In this document: one piece after another, positions 12,576-23,991 of the stretch
Layout: each line of letters begins with the position of its first letter
Position numbering within the stretch: position 1 is the stretch's first letter
From: Takakia lepidozioides
Taxonomy: Eukaryota > Plantae > Bryophyta
Assembly: GCA_030704615.1 (NCBI GenBank)
Contig: CM060732.1
Coordinates: 66,774,001 to 66,838,000, forward strand
Direction of reading: 5' to 3'
Length of the DNA stretch: 64,000 nt
Program-made: the position numbers and the translations under genes
The notes under the pieces: model-generated
The model's database searches: none
What the model was told of the DNA's origin: nothing
Seen by the model: only the letters and a program-made list of their open reading frames with translations

Positions 12576-13703
12576 TGTCGCGCGGCTTTTACTCACCCAT
12601 CCCTTCGCTATCCGAGGCGGGAACTTCAAGATAGAAGAGTTGGAAATCTCTAAGCACTCAGCCCGCTCAGAACAATCAGTCATGACCTACAGCTAGTGTA
12701 TCATGGGGGTGTTTCCTATTTGTTTTCCTTCCCGCATTCATGTTAGCTAGTTACCTTACTGTTGGTATTTAAGTATCAGTTTGCTTCAACAATCTATCGG
12801 ATTCCATCAACTCATCCATTCATTCCACAGCTTCACTCAGATCTCTCTACACAGTGTGAGTATGAAGTATGTATTAGATTAATATCTATCAAGTATCAGG
12901 CTGAAGCCATAGAGTCGCTAATCTGCTCTACATTACAACTCTACTACTTGCATTCATCAAGCATCAACAGATCATTCTCTTCCTACTCCGTGCTCTCCCT
13001 CTTTCTGCTCAGAGATGCGCTCTCTGCCTCATTTCTCCCCAGTGATGTCCGAAGTCCCCCAAGAAGTGATCCCTCCAAGTGATTCCCCCCCCCAGCAGTG
13101 ATCATTTTCCAGTCCTCGCTCCTGGCTTTATCTTCCTACCCGTTGTTCTAACCGTTTCCTTCACTAACCGTCATCCGTGAACTAACATGTTCCATTCCCA
13201 GATGTTGTTCCCCACAGTCGTTCCCTGTCCTGTTATCCGTTCCCTATGATCGTGACAGCTGTGTCAAGCTGTGACTGGCTGTGTGAAACTGTGACTGGCT
13301 GTGCGACTGTGTTGGGCTGTGTCGGGCTGTGTCGAGCTGTGATTGGCTGTGACGGCTGTGTCTGGCTGTGGCGGCTGTGTCGGCTGTGTCGGACTGTGAC
13401 GGGCTGTGTTGGACTGTGACGAGCTATGTTGGCTGTGTCGGACTGTGACGGGCTGTGTTGGACTGTGACGAGTTGTGTTGGCTGTGTCGGACTGTGACGG
13501 GCTGTGATGGACTGTGACGGGCTGTGTTGGACTGTGACGAGCTGTATTGGCTGTGACGGGCTGTGTAACACCCCCCTAAAGTGCGCTGCTGTCACCCCTA
13601 AGGCTCCTATTGGTCTCAGTCTGTGCAAATGAAGGGTACCCCACAGATTCCGTAAAAGTGCCTAAGTCCCAGACAGTCCTCTAACATTACCCCTTCCCCT
13701 CTC
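12576..13703 (-). mobile_element. LTR family A, copy 1: 3' LTR (12576-13686) with polypurine tract (13690-13703)
   Basis: TG...CA ends (tgtcgcg...ctaaca), homology to 17812-18802 and 32659-33607, and GAGAGGGGAAGGGG just upstream of the LTR on the minus strand. Confidence 0.9.
13255..13566. repeat. Degenerate 9-10 bp GGCTGTGTC/GACTGTGAC minisatellite inside LTR family A (also 18437-18681, 33275-33483)
   Basis: Read directly from the sequence; copy number differs between the LTR copies. Confidence 0.9.
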
Positions 13704-14018
13704 AAAAAGCCGTGTCCTCACGGTTTACTGTTTGGGATTTGTAAACCTTTGTGAGCGAGCACCCTTCTGACGTTGAGAGTCTCGTGAAGGACTCTGTGTG
13801 CGAGCCCAAGGTCTGTTACTGGTTGAGGGAGATGATTGAACACTACTTGGATATGTCAGTCCCTCTGGAGGCTGATATCGAGGTAATCTTTCAGGCATAT
13901 GAGACCCCCGTCGCTTCTTCTCTGCCATCTGAATTGCATAGTCATCTGCCATGTCAAAAGAGTCCGCTGAAGAAACAGTTGTATCAGAATCCTCGTCCCT
14001 CCTGAGGTGTTTTAACTG

Positions 14019-14917
14019 TCAAACTTTAACTGGAATTCTCTGGGGCATACAATGTTGTCCCACCATGTCTGGAAGTTTAAACTGTAAAACTTGTTGTAAG
14101 CGCTGAATTGCAAAATTGGTGAAGACCCTGAGCTCCTTGTCTGTCCAGGTGAGTGGTGTACCAATGACTTGCGAATTGTGCAAATATTTCCATGCCTCAT
14201 GTCCCTTAAAGAAAATATCGTCAGGCCCAAATTTATGTGTTGACAAATTGTTCCAGGCCGCATGAAACCATGAACGAATCTGAGAATCCTTTTGCATCAT
14301 AACTTTTGCCTCATATAGGTACATATGAGGTGGCACTGAAGGTAAGACCCAATGATCCCCACTGGAATAACTCAGAAAGCGCGATTGCATCTTCTGTTGC
14401 TCAATGTGATAACGTGCCAGAAAACAAGCAGCGTAGTATAACCCGCAGCCCATGACAATACTTGCTACCTCCTTGGTCTTGGTATAAATGAATCCATGTA
14501 CCACTTGGAAGGCAATTAATTCCTTCAGCATGGTACTTGCCTCATGCCAGTACTGCGCAAAGTGATGATCCTCAATTGGTCGATTGTTCGGAAGAACTTT
14601 AGTCCTAGTTGCCACTGGCAGCCAAATGCACATGATTTGATAGTAATGTGCCAGCGACTGCGGAGGACTAAATTCTTTCCAAGCCAAATCCAACACAATG
14701 GGAATTTAGTTGAAGGGCATAATCATAGCTCGACTATACTCCCGTGCAGTATGAGTTTTAGGTGGGTTAAAAGCAGCATTCCCCCATACCTCAGGCTGTG
14801 GTGGCTGTGGTGTGAAGCCAGGCGGGGGCTCCTTCGCACCGCGGGGCTGGAATGTGCAGAAGTGGGAGGAGGTGATGCTGCCTCGGCGGTCGAGCGCTTC
14901 TTACTAGGCATGGACAT
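14019..14917 (-). CDS. Orphan ORF (225 aa exon plus a probable basic first exon MSMPSKKRS...RRSPRL), possible TE accessory gene
   Basis: Long stop-free ORF with globular composition and a GTATGG donor at ~14789. No family recognised. Confidence 0.4.
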
Positions 14918-16813
14918 AGACCATGACAAAGATGAAGACGATCGAGGACAAAGACGAGCGAGGAAGACCAAGACATGCAAAGGAGGAAAGAAGGACAAGG
15001 AGGGGAGTGTGATCACACACCCCCCCCCCCCCCGATCTGTAGTGAAGATCTGGCCGTTGTTGATTTCAAATAGGAACACGTGTCGTGCATCCGACACTAT
15101 GGCCTTTTCGACTTTGAGACGTTTCAAAATAACCACTTACAATCCTCCAGACAACTAGATGTAGTGATTCACACAACTGACATGGATCCGTTAACTTTAT
15201 TTCGTTCAAAATTAGGCAAAGGAAACACACTGCAATGATGCTGTGTATGGCTCCGCTTTACATGCATTCTTGGAGAAAATGCGCATGATGTGTGAGAAGT
15301 GAACACAGTGCTCTGCCAAATGATTCAACAAAAACAAACTCAACTGTAGTGGTTCTCCCATCGCAGAGAAGGGTCCATTTGACACCCATCGCACCATGCC
15401 AGGTTGAGGTCCTCACACACATACCTGCACACCGAGAATTTGCGAACCCACATCAGCTGGGAGAACATGGAAATTACCCCGTGGATCACATGCAAGCATG
15501 AATGAGAAATGGAAGGAGAATTGCATGGGAGATTTTGGTGTACCTGCGCGACATGCAACTCTGTCTACATACTCCATAAGTCACTGTCCCAAGACCCAAG
15601 TGGACAGGGGAGGCCGGTGAGTCTGTACCACAAATGGTAATCATACAGCAGAGGGTACTGCTGCCCAACGTGCAAAAGCCGCCGGCTGCAAGATGCTAGG
15701 CATGCGAACTCCGGCACAACACGCCTCCTCTGCACCCCACTCTGTCCCAACCAGTCCAAAACATCCGTGCATGCATTGACTGTCGTCTGGCTTTCTCTCC
15801 AGGCATTTGGGGGTCTGCAATCTGCTACACGTAAGTGTCTTCGAAGGCGACGATCAAAGGATCCGGTCACTTGCAGTTGCCATCTCAAGGGCATCATTGC
15901 AAGAATCACAATTAAGTAAGAAAGATGGTGGAAGAAGCTGCAAACTGCAAATGAGTGAAGTGGCAGGGCGATGCTCCATTCTTAACATGCTCCCCTTCCC
16001 GCCATGGTGATAGAGCCACACAAATGACTCCCTTCCCGCCACGGTGCAATTTCAAGGCAACGGAACGGGATTGTCCGCCGAAACGTGATTTGGAGATCGT
16101 GGCCGAATCCGTAATGGAATTCGACCTTCTAATACATGATTCCTCAATCCGTCTCGCTCTTCCGCTGAGGGTAGCATTGGGCAAACTACCCCCTGCTACA
16201 AACTTTTGATCGTAATGTGATTTTGAGAGACGAATCGATGCAGCCGGAAATCGTGCAGACGATGACCGCCGATGAGTGGAGTTCACTCATTATGGCCTAA
16301 GAAAAGTGGCGCAGGTTCTGGCCTTGTAGTCGGGTTGTTCACACTTCAATGCACACATTTCATACACATTCAACCATATGCCCAAGATCACAACGTCCTG
16401 AATCGTGAAAATTGAAATTCCACGTACGTCCTCCGATTCCTCACACACACACGAACTGTAGAGACAGGTGGTTTTCCAGGATGTCATTGTTTGAGTCGAT
16501 TTTGATCATTTCTCTTAGTGTCTTGTTGAAAAGATTCTAGTTATGATGGGAAGCATCGTGATGGCTTTTAAATGGTTTGCTGTTGAGTGTAACTTTTCAT
16601 CATGTTAAGGAATCTACCAGTTGGTATAAAATGTCAACTGTCTTCTCTGCCAAAGGATGTGCGGCTGAACCTTTCAAATTGAGATTGCAGGAGGAGGGAA
16701 TTGACAGTAGTGACATGGGAGTGGCAGAGCCAAATTGAGGAGTCTTTGCAAAGGAGAATCCAGCCTCCTGCAATGGCATGCACAAACTGCATTGAAGAGG
16801 CTCCCCAACAAAA

Positions 16814-19800
16814 ATGATTTCCCCTCGTCCATGCGGAGGACTTCCAATTAATCACCCCTGTAGACAGAACACCCAAGATGACAGGTTGTGGGAAAGAGAA
16901 GTGGCACGTGCCCGAGCCCTTGGGCTTTCAAGGATGCCATGCCCATGTGAACGTTTTTTGGGCACTACAAGTAGATCTGAGGACGGTGTGCGCACACATC
17001 TCCTTCACCACAAAAGACATGAAGCATTTCGGGTGTGGATTGGAGATGGACCTGCAGACGAAGACGATGAGGAGTGGGCACAATTGGACAATGCACACCC
17101 CCGAGGGAGCCATACAGACAGGCCAGACGAGGACTATGTCATGGGCGCAGGACATGAACCAGGCATGGACGGAGGGGTGGAGATTACTCGAATGTTGCAA
17201 GAAGCATTCCACATGATGGACGATGTTGAAGAGGGGGACGGCGCTGCGACAACCGGGGATGGTGATGACGCAGGAAATGAAGGCATTCACGTGGGGGAAG
17301 GCGTGGAAGGAGGTGGAGATGGAGATGAAAATTCAGCACACATGACACTAGAAGAAGCATGTGTGCCACTGTACGAGGGATGCAAATCCACAAAGCTTGC
17401 TGCCACCATGCTGTTGATGAACCTGTGCACAACCCACGGTGTCTCAGAACATTTTGTGGATGAGTTGTTCTCTTTGCTTCGGCTGAACTTGCTTCCACAA
17501 CCAAATGAAATGCCCAAAAGTTGTCACATGGCCAACAAAATGATTGGGAAGCTCGGCCTCAACTATGTGAAAATACATGCATGTCCAAAAGGACATGTAC
17601 TTTTCATAAGAGAGTACAAGGACGCTATGGAGTGCCCCAAATGCGGTGCAGCCCGATACCATGATGTGGGCAGGTTACAACAGCCAGCCAAGGTGTTGAG
17701 GCACTTTCCCCTTATCCCCCGTCTATTACAAATGTACAAATGCAAGACCATTAGTGAGCTCATGACTTGGCATTCCAGGAATGCCTCAAATGATGGTTTG
17801 GTAAGGCATGTTGTCGCGCGGCATTTACTCACCCATCCCTTCGCTATTCGAGGCGGAAACTCCAAGATAGAAGAGTTGGAAATCTCTAAGTACTCAGCCC
17901 GCGCAGAACAATCAGTCATGACCTACAGCTAGTGTATCATGGGGGTGTTTCCTATTTGTTTCCCTTTTGGCATTCATGTTAGCTACCTTACCATTGATAA
18001 TTAAGTATCAGTTTGTTTTATCAATCTATTGGATTTCGTCAACTCATCCATTCATTCCACAGCTTCACTCAGATCTCTCTACACAGTGTGATTGTATCGT
18101 AAAAGTATCCGATTATGATTTATCAGGTATCAGGCCGAAGCCATTGTGTCTCTAATCTGCTCTACAATATCATTACCGCCTTGCATATAACAAGCATCTA
18201 CTCATCATCTCTCTATCTTCACTTCCGTTCTTCATCTCTGCCCGATCCCCTCTCCTCCATGACAAGAAGTCCTCCACCGAATGATCCCCCCAAAATTCCC
18301 CGCTTCTCCCTTTATCTTCCTACCCGTGGTTCTAACCGTTTCCCTCACTAACCGTCGTCTGTGAACTAACATGTTCCCTTCGCAGGTGTTGTTCCCCACA
18401 GTCGTTCCCTGTCCTGCTCTCCGTTCCCTATGATCGTGACAGCTGTGTCAAGCTGTGACTGGCTGTGCGACTGTGTTTGGCTGTGTCGGGCTGTGACTGG
18501 CTGTGTGGCTGTGTCGGCTGTGACGACTGTGACGGGCTGTGTCGGCTGTGTCTGCTGTGACGACTGTAACGGGCTGTGTTGGCTGTGTCGGCTGTGATGA
18601 CTATGACGGGCTGTGTCGGCTGTGACAACTGTGACAGGCTGTGTTGGCTATGTCGGCTGTGACTACTGTGACGGGCTGTGTAACCCCCTCTACAGTGCGC
18701 TGCTGTCACCCCTAAGGCTCCTGTTGGTCTCAGTCTGTGCAAAAATTAAGGGTACCCTACAGTTCCCGTATAAGTGTCTAAGTCCTCGACAGTCCTCTAA
18801 CACATGTCCCAGATTCCCTTGCATGGAAGCATATAAATGCAACTTGGCCCGATTTCGCCGAGGACCCACGCAATGTGCGATTGGCTGTATCTACAGATGG
18901 AGTAAACTCATACGGATCAAAGAGCTGTACATGGTCCACATGGCCCGTGCAGTTGGTGGCATACAACCTGCCACCATGGTTGACAACAAAGAAATTCTTT
19001 GTCATGTTGTCTCTCTTGATTCCAGGCAAGGAGTCCGTGACAAATGCAAACATAGATGTGTATTTGCAACCATTGATTGAAGAGCTACAGGAACTATGGA
19101 TTGGAGTTGAAGCTTACGACATTTTGAAACCAGTAGGGCAATGGAGTTTCACCCTCCGTGCCATACTCATGTGGTCAATCCACGATTTCCCCGCATATGG
19201 CCTTGTTGCGGGTTGCAAGATGAAGGGCTACAAAGGGTGCCCCATTTGTGGGCCCTATGTGGATTCACGGCACTCAAAGCCATTAGGGAAGACAATACAT
19301 GGGGCATCGATGTTACCTTGCAAGAAACCACCCCTACCGACGAGCAGGAAGGCACTTCAATGGATGTGTTGAAAAGAGAATGTCACCAAATGTTGTGACA
19401 CCGGAGGAGACATTGCAATTTGCAAAGGAGAAAGAGGCGTTCATGGAGATTGGAGGGAGAGAAGGAAGTAGTGCGGATCCAGCCATGGAGCACGGGGTGA
19501 AGCGCCGGACAATCCTTTGGGATTTGCCATACTGGAACGTGCATGAACCCCCCCCCCCCCCCATTCACTCACTTTCTTTCACATTGTGCTTCCTGGAATT
19601 ACCTTTACTGTCAGGAGTCCTTCCACCAACTCCTAAGTCAGTGTAACTACTATGCAGTAGATGTTGAAGTCGTACACCTCACTGTGGAGAGGATCGTGCA
19701 GTTGTTGAAAGCAGAATGTAGTAACATGGACAACTTCTGCCACACATTCTACTATTTTTGCCCATAGAACATGGTCTCATGGGAGGACATTTGGCATTTC

Positions 19801-20370
19801 AGAACCTCTTGCAGTGGTACCTCTTGGACCCCATGCATTGTGAGAAGAACTTCTGCGAGAACATTCTGAAGACTATCTTTGGGGAGAAGGATACGATAAA
19901 CGCACAAAATGACATGGAGATTGAAGGGATACGGTCACATCTGTGGCTAAGGCCTGATCCAAATAGACCAGGCAAAGTGCTCATGCCAGCAGCATCATAC
20001 GTCCTGACCAAATCAGAGCAAGAGGATTTTTTGAAGACATTGGGAGCCATGAAAGTGCCAACCGGATTCTCGGGTGCTTTCCAAAAGCATGCCATAAACA
20101 AGAAATGGTCGGGGATGAAGTCACATGATCTATACGTGATGATGCAGCAGATTTTGCCAGTGTGCATTCGGGGTACGATGGCGCCGGGTCCTCGAACAGC
20201 CATAATGCGTGTAAGTCGAGTGTTTAGGAATATTTGTGCGAAGGTGTGGGGTCCGAGGGACATTTACATCGTTGCATGAGGATGTGGCTATGACCCTATG
20301 TTTGCTGGAGAAAGAATTCCCTCCATCATTCTTTGACGTCATGACGCACTTGTTAGTGCATCTTGTAGAG
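16814..20370 (+). mobile_element. CACTA/EnSpm transposase (TnpD/Tnp2-like), interrupted and 3'-truncated
   Basis: CPC...VRTHL, KIHACPKGHVLF, CPKCG, KVLRHFPLIPRL, RHV|PDSLAWK, RNVRLAVSTDG, STWPV, YNLPPW, IDVYLQPLIEEL, IHDFPAY, GYKGCPIC, LDPMHCEKN, GMKSHD, FPPSFFDVMTHLLVHLVE. Intron at ~19538-19802; frameshifts present. Confidence 0.95.
17812..18802 (-). mobile_element. Solo LTR (family A) inserted in the CACTA transposase
   Basis: 991 bp with TG...CA ends and a 5-bp TSD CATGT at 17807-17811 and 18803-18807. Removing it rejoins the transposase coding sequence (GLVRHV|PDSLAW). Confidence 0.97.
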
Positions 20371-20451
20371 GGGGGCTGCTATTTCATGAGCCATGAGCCA
20401 TGAGCGGCATGAGCCATGAGCAGAGTCGTAAGTGTCGAAAAAAACATGAGC
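20371..20451 (+). mobile_element. Putative terminus of a separate element, with CATGAGC subterminal repeats
   Basis: The CACTA reading frame stops abruptly at GGGGGCTGCTATTT. CATGAGC occurs at 20385, 20392, 20399, 20408, 20415 and 20445. No matching inverted end was seen. Confidence 0.45.
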
Positions 20452-20834
20452 ATGACTATTTTCCGGAAATGAGTGTCCGCGGGAATAGGGTTTAGGGTGT
20501 CACGGTCATAGGGGGAGAAGGACCTCCCGATGAAGGAGGTTCGGTAATGTTTTTTAGAATTACATATTGAAAGGCAATGTTTCGCGAATGGTAGGGTGGT
20601 ACTGCTCTGTACAATGGGGGGCCCATTTCAGCCTACCAGCCACTTGCAAAATCCACCCACACTCCCAATCCCAAACGAAATGAGGAATGACGCATTTTGG
20701 GAACAATGGATACAGAATAGAACAAAAAGAGGGCACAATGGGGTTTTTATTGATCCACATGAATTGCATTTGAAGCACGTCTACTGTGCTGATTGTGCAA
20801 ACAAATCTTTAGCCCTGTGCCTTCTGAATACAAG

Positions 20835-21398
20835 TCACGTTGTCAATGGGACTTCGACTGCTCTGAGAACTAGCTCATGAGTCATCGGGCTCCTCCAGGT
20901 AAACTGGATTGCAGTCGTTGTACCGCCCCTGTTGATGTTCACCACAATGTCCTGCCCTTCAATCTTACCACCATCGAATATGGAAAACTTCACGTTTTCG
21001 TCGTCCACACCAATGCGAATGTCCCCATACAATGGAGAAGATGAGCGCACTCCTTCAGGAGTATAAGTCTCTCCGATGGAGTCCACCCATGTCCACCGGC
21101 AGCAGATCCACCGCAAGAGCATAGTAGTGCGCATTCTTCTGCATGGGTGCCCGTCGTAGCTGGGAAAATCGGAATCAAGGATGCGCAGGGGCCATTGACT
21201 CCGCAGACCAAGATCGTCACCCCGCTCAAAGGCGTACTGGCTTGGGAGATACTCAAAAGCGGACAATGTTTCCACATTCGAACCAGTATCTTCTGTGTAA
21301 TCTGTGTACCAGATAACGATGTCTCCCGATGTGGCCGAATACATTGCATAATCGATGCCTCCATAAGGGCAGTCGTCCCGGTTCCGGAAGCACGACAT
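20835..21398 (-). CDS. Unknown protein, 187 aa (paralog 1)
   Basis: Intact ORF from ATG 21398 that aligns end to end with 21955-22533 (DCPY.G.DYAM, SGDI..W, EYL...Y.FERG, RW.CC.WT, P.YGDIR, DGG.I.G.DIVV, ELVLRA.EVP). Confidence 0.8.
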   Translation of the reverse strand: MSCFRNRDDCPYGGIDYAMYSATSGDIVIWYTDYTEDTGSNVETLSAFEYLPSQYAFERGDDLGLRSQWPLRILDSDFPSYDGHPCRRMRTTMLLRWICCRWTWVDSIGETYTPEGVRSSSPLYGDIRIGVDDENVKFSIFDGGKIEGQDIVVNINRGGTTTAIQFTWRSPMTHELVLRAVEVPLTT

Positions 21399-21652
21399 CC
21401 TTGCAAAGGAGGACCTGATTATGTCTTTGATGCCGATGACAATGACCTTGCGGACAACAACGAAGCCCTTAGATTTGCGAAATGATGAGAAGCGGAAGAG
21501 CAGTGCGGGCTCCAATAATGGAGTATCTGGGTCACAAGTACCCACCAATCATCGTGTAACGTGTTCATCACGCCAGCGGTGGATGAACCGACACCTCTTT
21601 CTCATCCACGGGGTATAGTCTGAAATCTGCCACCGAAGTCCATCCCCCGGAT

Positions 21653-21674
21653 GGAAATTCGGCGCCGCATTTAC
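21653..21674. promoter_or_regulatory. Single palindrome copy between the divergent paralogs
   Basis: GGAAATTCGGCGCCGCATTTAC. Confidence 0.65.
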
Positions 21675-21954
21675 ATTGAAGGGAGGATGGACTTCGTCGT
21701 CTCCAGTGGCTATAGGCCCACCTAGCACTTACTGCCCATAGTTTGCATTGCAGGGAAGGAAACTGAAACGGCTACATTCATGGAGCAGCCAATCTTCATC
21801 CGTGCAGGTTCCTGTCGGGGGGAAATTTAAATGTGCCTTGGAGTGTTTGTGAGGAATTGCAGCGTTTGCTTAAATTTCTTCCAGCCACCGCGCTGCTGCC
21901 TCCTCCATCCAGGAGCTGCTGTCATTGAGCGTACTCCGCTACTCTTTTTCAGGG

Positions 21955-22533
21955 ATGCCGTGCCGCCAAAATCCTGCTGACTGCCCTTATCATGGCCACG
22001 ATTATGCTATGTTCAAACCAGAATCAGGAGACATCATTGTCTGGCTCTCTATTTTCACAGACGCATCTGGAATCAAGCGGGAATCTTTGCGCGCAATGGA
22101 GTATCTGGAGGGCTATTACCGCTTTGAGCGAGGTGAGGGCGAGGGTCAATGCGGTCCTTGGGTCCTGAAAATTGTTGACCTCGATATACCAAGGTGGAAT
22201 GGGATGTCGGACAGATCACGCACGGCCTCACTTTGGCGCTGGAACTGCTGCCAGTGGACCAGGGAGGACGGCACCGGGGAAAACTATATTTGTGGAGTTC
22301 ACTCCGCTTTTCCAGTGTATGGAGACATTCGGCTGAGTTGCAAAGACGAATCGCATGGGCACAGGAGGCCCACAGTGACCTTGTCAATGTATGATGGTGG
22401 TATGATTGATGGGCATGACATTGTCGTCAGCTCTACCAAGGGCACCAGATCGACCGCATTGCAGTTTACCTCGAGGTGCCGCATCAGTAATGAGCTTGTT
22501 TTGAGGGCTATCGAAGTTCCGTCGACTTGGTGA
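21955..22533 (+). CDS. Unknown protein, 192 aa (paralog 2)
   Basis: Intact ORF. Protein-level conservation with 20835-21398 despite divergent DNA supports coding status. Confidence 0.8.
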   Translation: MPCRQNPADCPYHGHDYAMFKPESGDIIVWLSIFTDASGIKRESLRAMEYLEGYYRFERGEGEGQCGPWVLKIVDLDIPRWNGMSDRSRTASLWRWNCCQWTREDGTGENYICGVHSAFPVYGDIRLSCKDESHGHRRPTVTLSMYDGGMIDGHDIVVSSTKGTRSTALQFTSRCRISNELVLRAIEVPSTW

Positions 22534-22809
22534 CGCCCATGTAGAAGGAGGAAGGGCTTAGATTTGTCTGGAGTTGCTAAATGTGAGACACCGTGTTCGA
22601 TCAATAAAACAACCCATCGTACCTCACTTCTGTGTGCTTGTGTTTCATCGTGTTCAAGAACTGCCATAATTGGCCAACTGTTTACAATTTGAGGTCTCAT
22701 TTGTACAATGTGTCTGTCCATATGACTATACCAGAGTCAGCGATATCAGAGTCCTGAGGTGAAGAAAATCCATCTATGAGTTGTAGGAAACATGTACACT
22801 TCGAAACTT

Positions 22810-23855
22810 GGAAATTCGGCACCACATTTCATTTTCTCCATGCAGCGATTTCTGGCAGCTCCCTTTCCTCCGTTGTCGTCGTAACGGAAATGTTGTACAA
22901 CATTTCATTTCCTGACATGGCATTACCATACTTCGAATTTGAAATGCGGCGCCGCATTTCCATATTCGACCTTGAACTGTCCATGCATGTCCAGTCGCTA
23001 ATGCTTGTCCATGTCCATACTTGAAATGCGCCACCGCATTTCCATGTCCGTCATCGAAATTTCGTACCGGACAATGAAATGCGGCACAGCATTTCCGGAG
23101 AGCACAATGGAATGCGGTGCCGCATGTCCGTCGAAGGGTCTGGAATTGGACAAACAACGATGGAAGTTCTGGAAATGCGGCACCGCATTTCCATGTCTGT
23201 CATCAAAATATCGAATCGGACAATGGAATGCGGTGCCGCATTTCCGTCCATGAAGACGGAATGCTCACACGGGTCTGGAATTGGACAAAGAACGATGTCT
23301 GTTTTGGAAATGCGGCGCCGCATTTCCCATGTTGGGCAATTGAAAGTTTTTATACGACAATGTAAGTTTTTATAGGACGATGGAATGCGGTGCCGCATTT
23401 CCGTCAAAGGGTCTGGAATTGGGCAAACAACGATGTCCGTTTTGGAAATGCGGCGCCGTATTTCCATGTACGTCATCGAAATTTCTTATTGGACAATGGA
23501 ATGCGGTGCCGCATTCCCGTCTAGCATCATGGAATTGGGAGCCCAAGAACGTCGATGGGTCTGCAGTTGGAAAAATGTCCATCTCCAAAAGGTAAATGTG
23601 GCACCGCATTTCCATGTTCGACCTTCGCATTTCGATTTACATCCATGGAAGGAGCTGGCAATCGGCAAAACTGTCGTGTCGGAAACGGAAATGCGGCACC
23701 GCATTTCCATTTGTCCGAATAGTTTCTGATGTCCAAACCATGAAACGGAAAATTGTTCTTGCCCCGGTTTTGGAAATGCGGTGCCGCATTTCCAAACGAG
23801 GTTTTTGCAGTTCCCACATTTCCGTTCAGACATTGAAATGCGGTGCCGCATTTCA
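22810..23855. repeat. Palindrome array 1: 16 copies of GGAAATGCGGYRCCGCATTTCC
   Basis: Starts at 22810, 22886, 22940, 23022, 23075, 23108, 23171, 23224, 23306, 23381, 23444, 23497, 23592, 23687, 23772 and 23834. Spacers are partly reiterated. Confidence 0.95.
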
Positions 23856-23991
23856 GATTTTGGGAGCGACCAGGTTTGGACGATGTTGTCGTTGAGTGGC
23901 AAATGGGAGAGGGGACATGAAGGACGGGGAGAATTTCCTTTATATACTTTGGAATAGAATTTAAATGTACAGAGAGTTCAATAAAATTCTA

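Noticed and set aside
12456-12683. Recurrent ORF MTDCSERAECLEISNSS... (also 17563-17919 and 32377-32766)
   Set aside because: It is shared only because it lies at the LTR end, and it reads into unrelated flanks in each copy.
13233-13628. HSPSQ/HSR-repeat proteins (also 18428-18742 and 35417-35961)
   Set aside because: They are translations of the minisatellites.
22774-23902. Many overlapping ORFs with repeated MRHRIS, KCGAAF and GNAAPHF peptides
   Set aside because: These are translations of the palindrome in six frames, not proteins.
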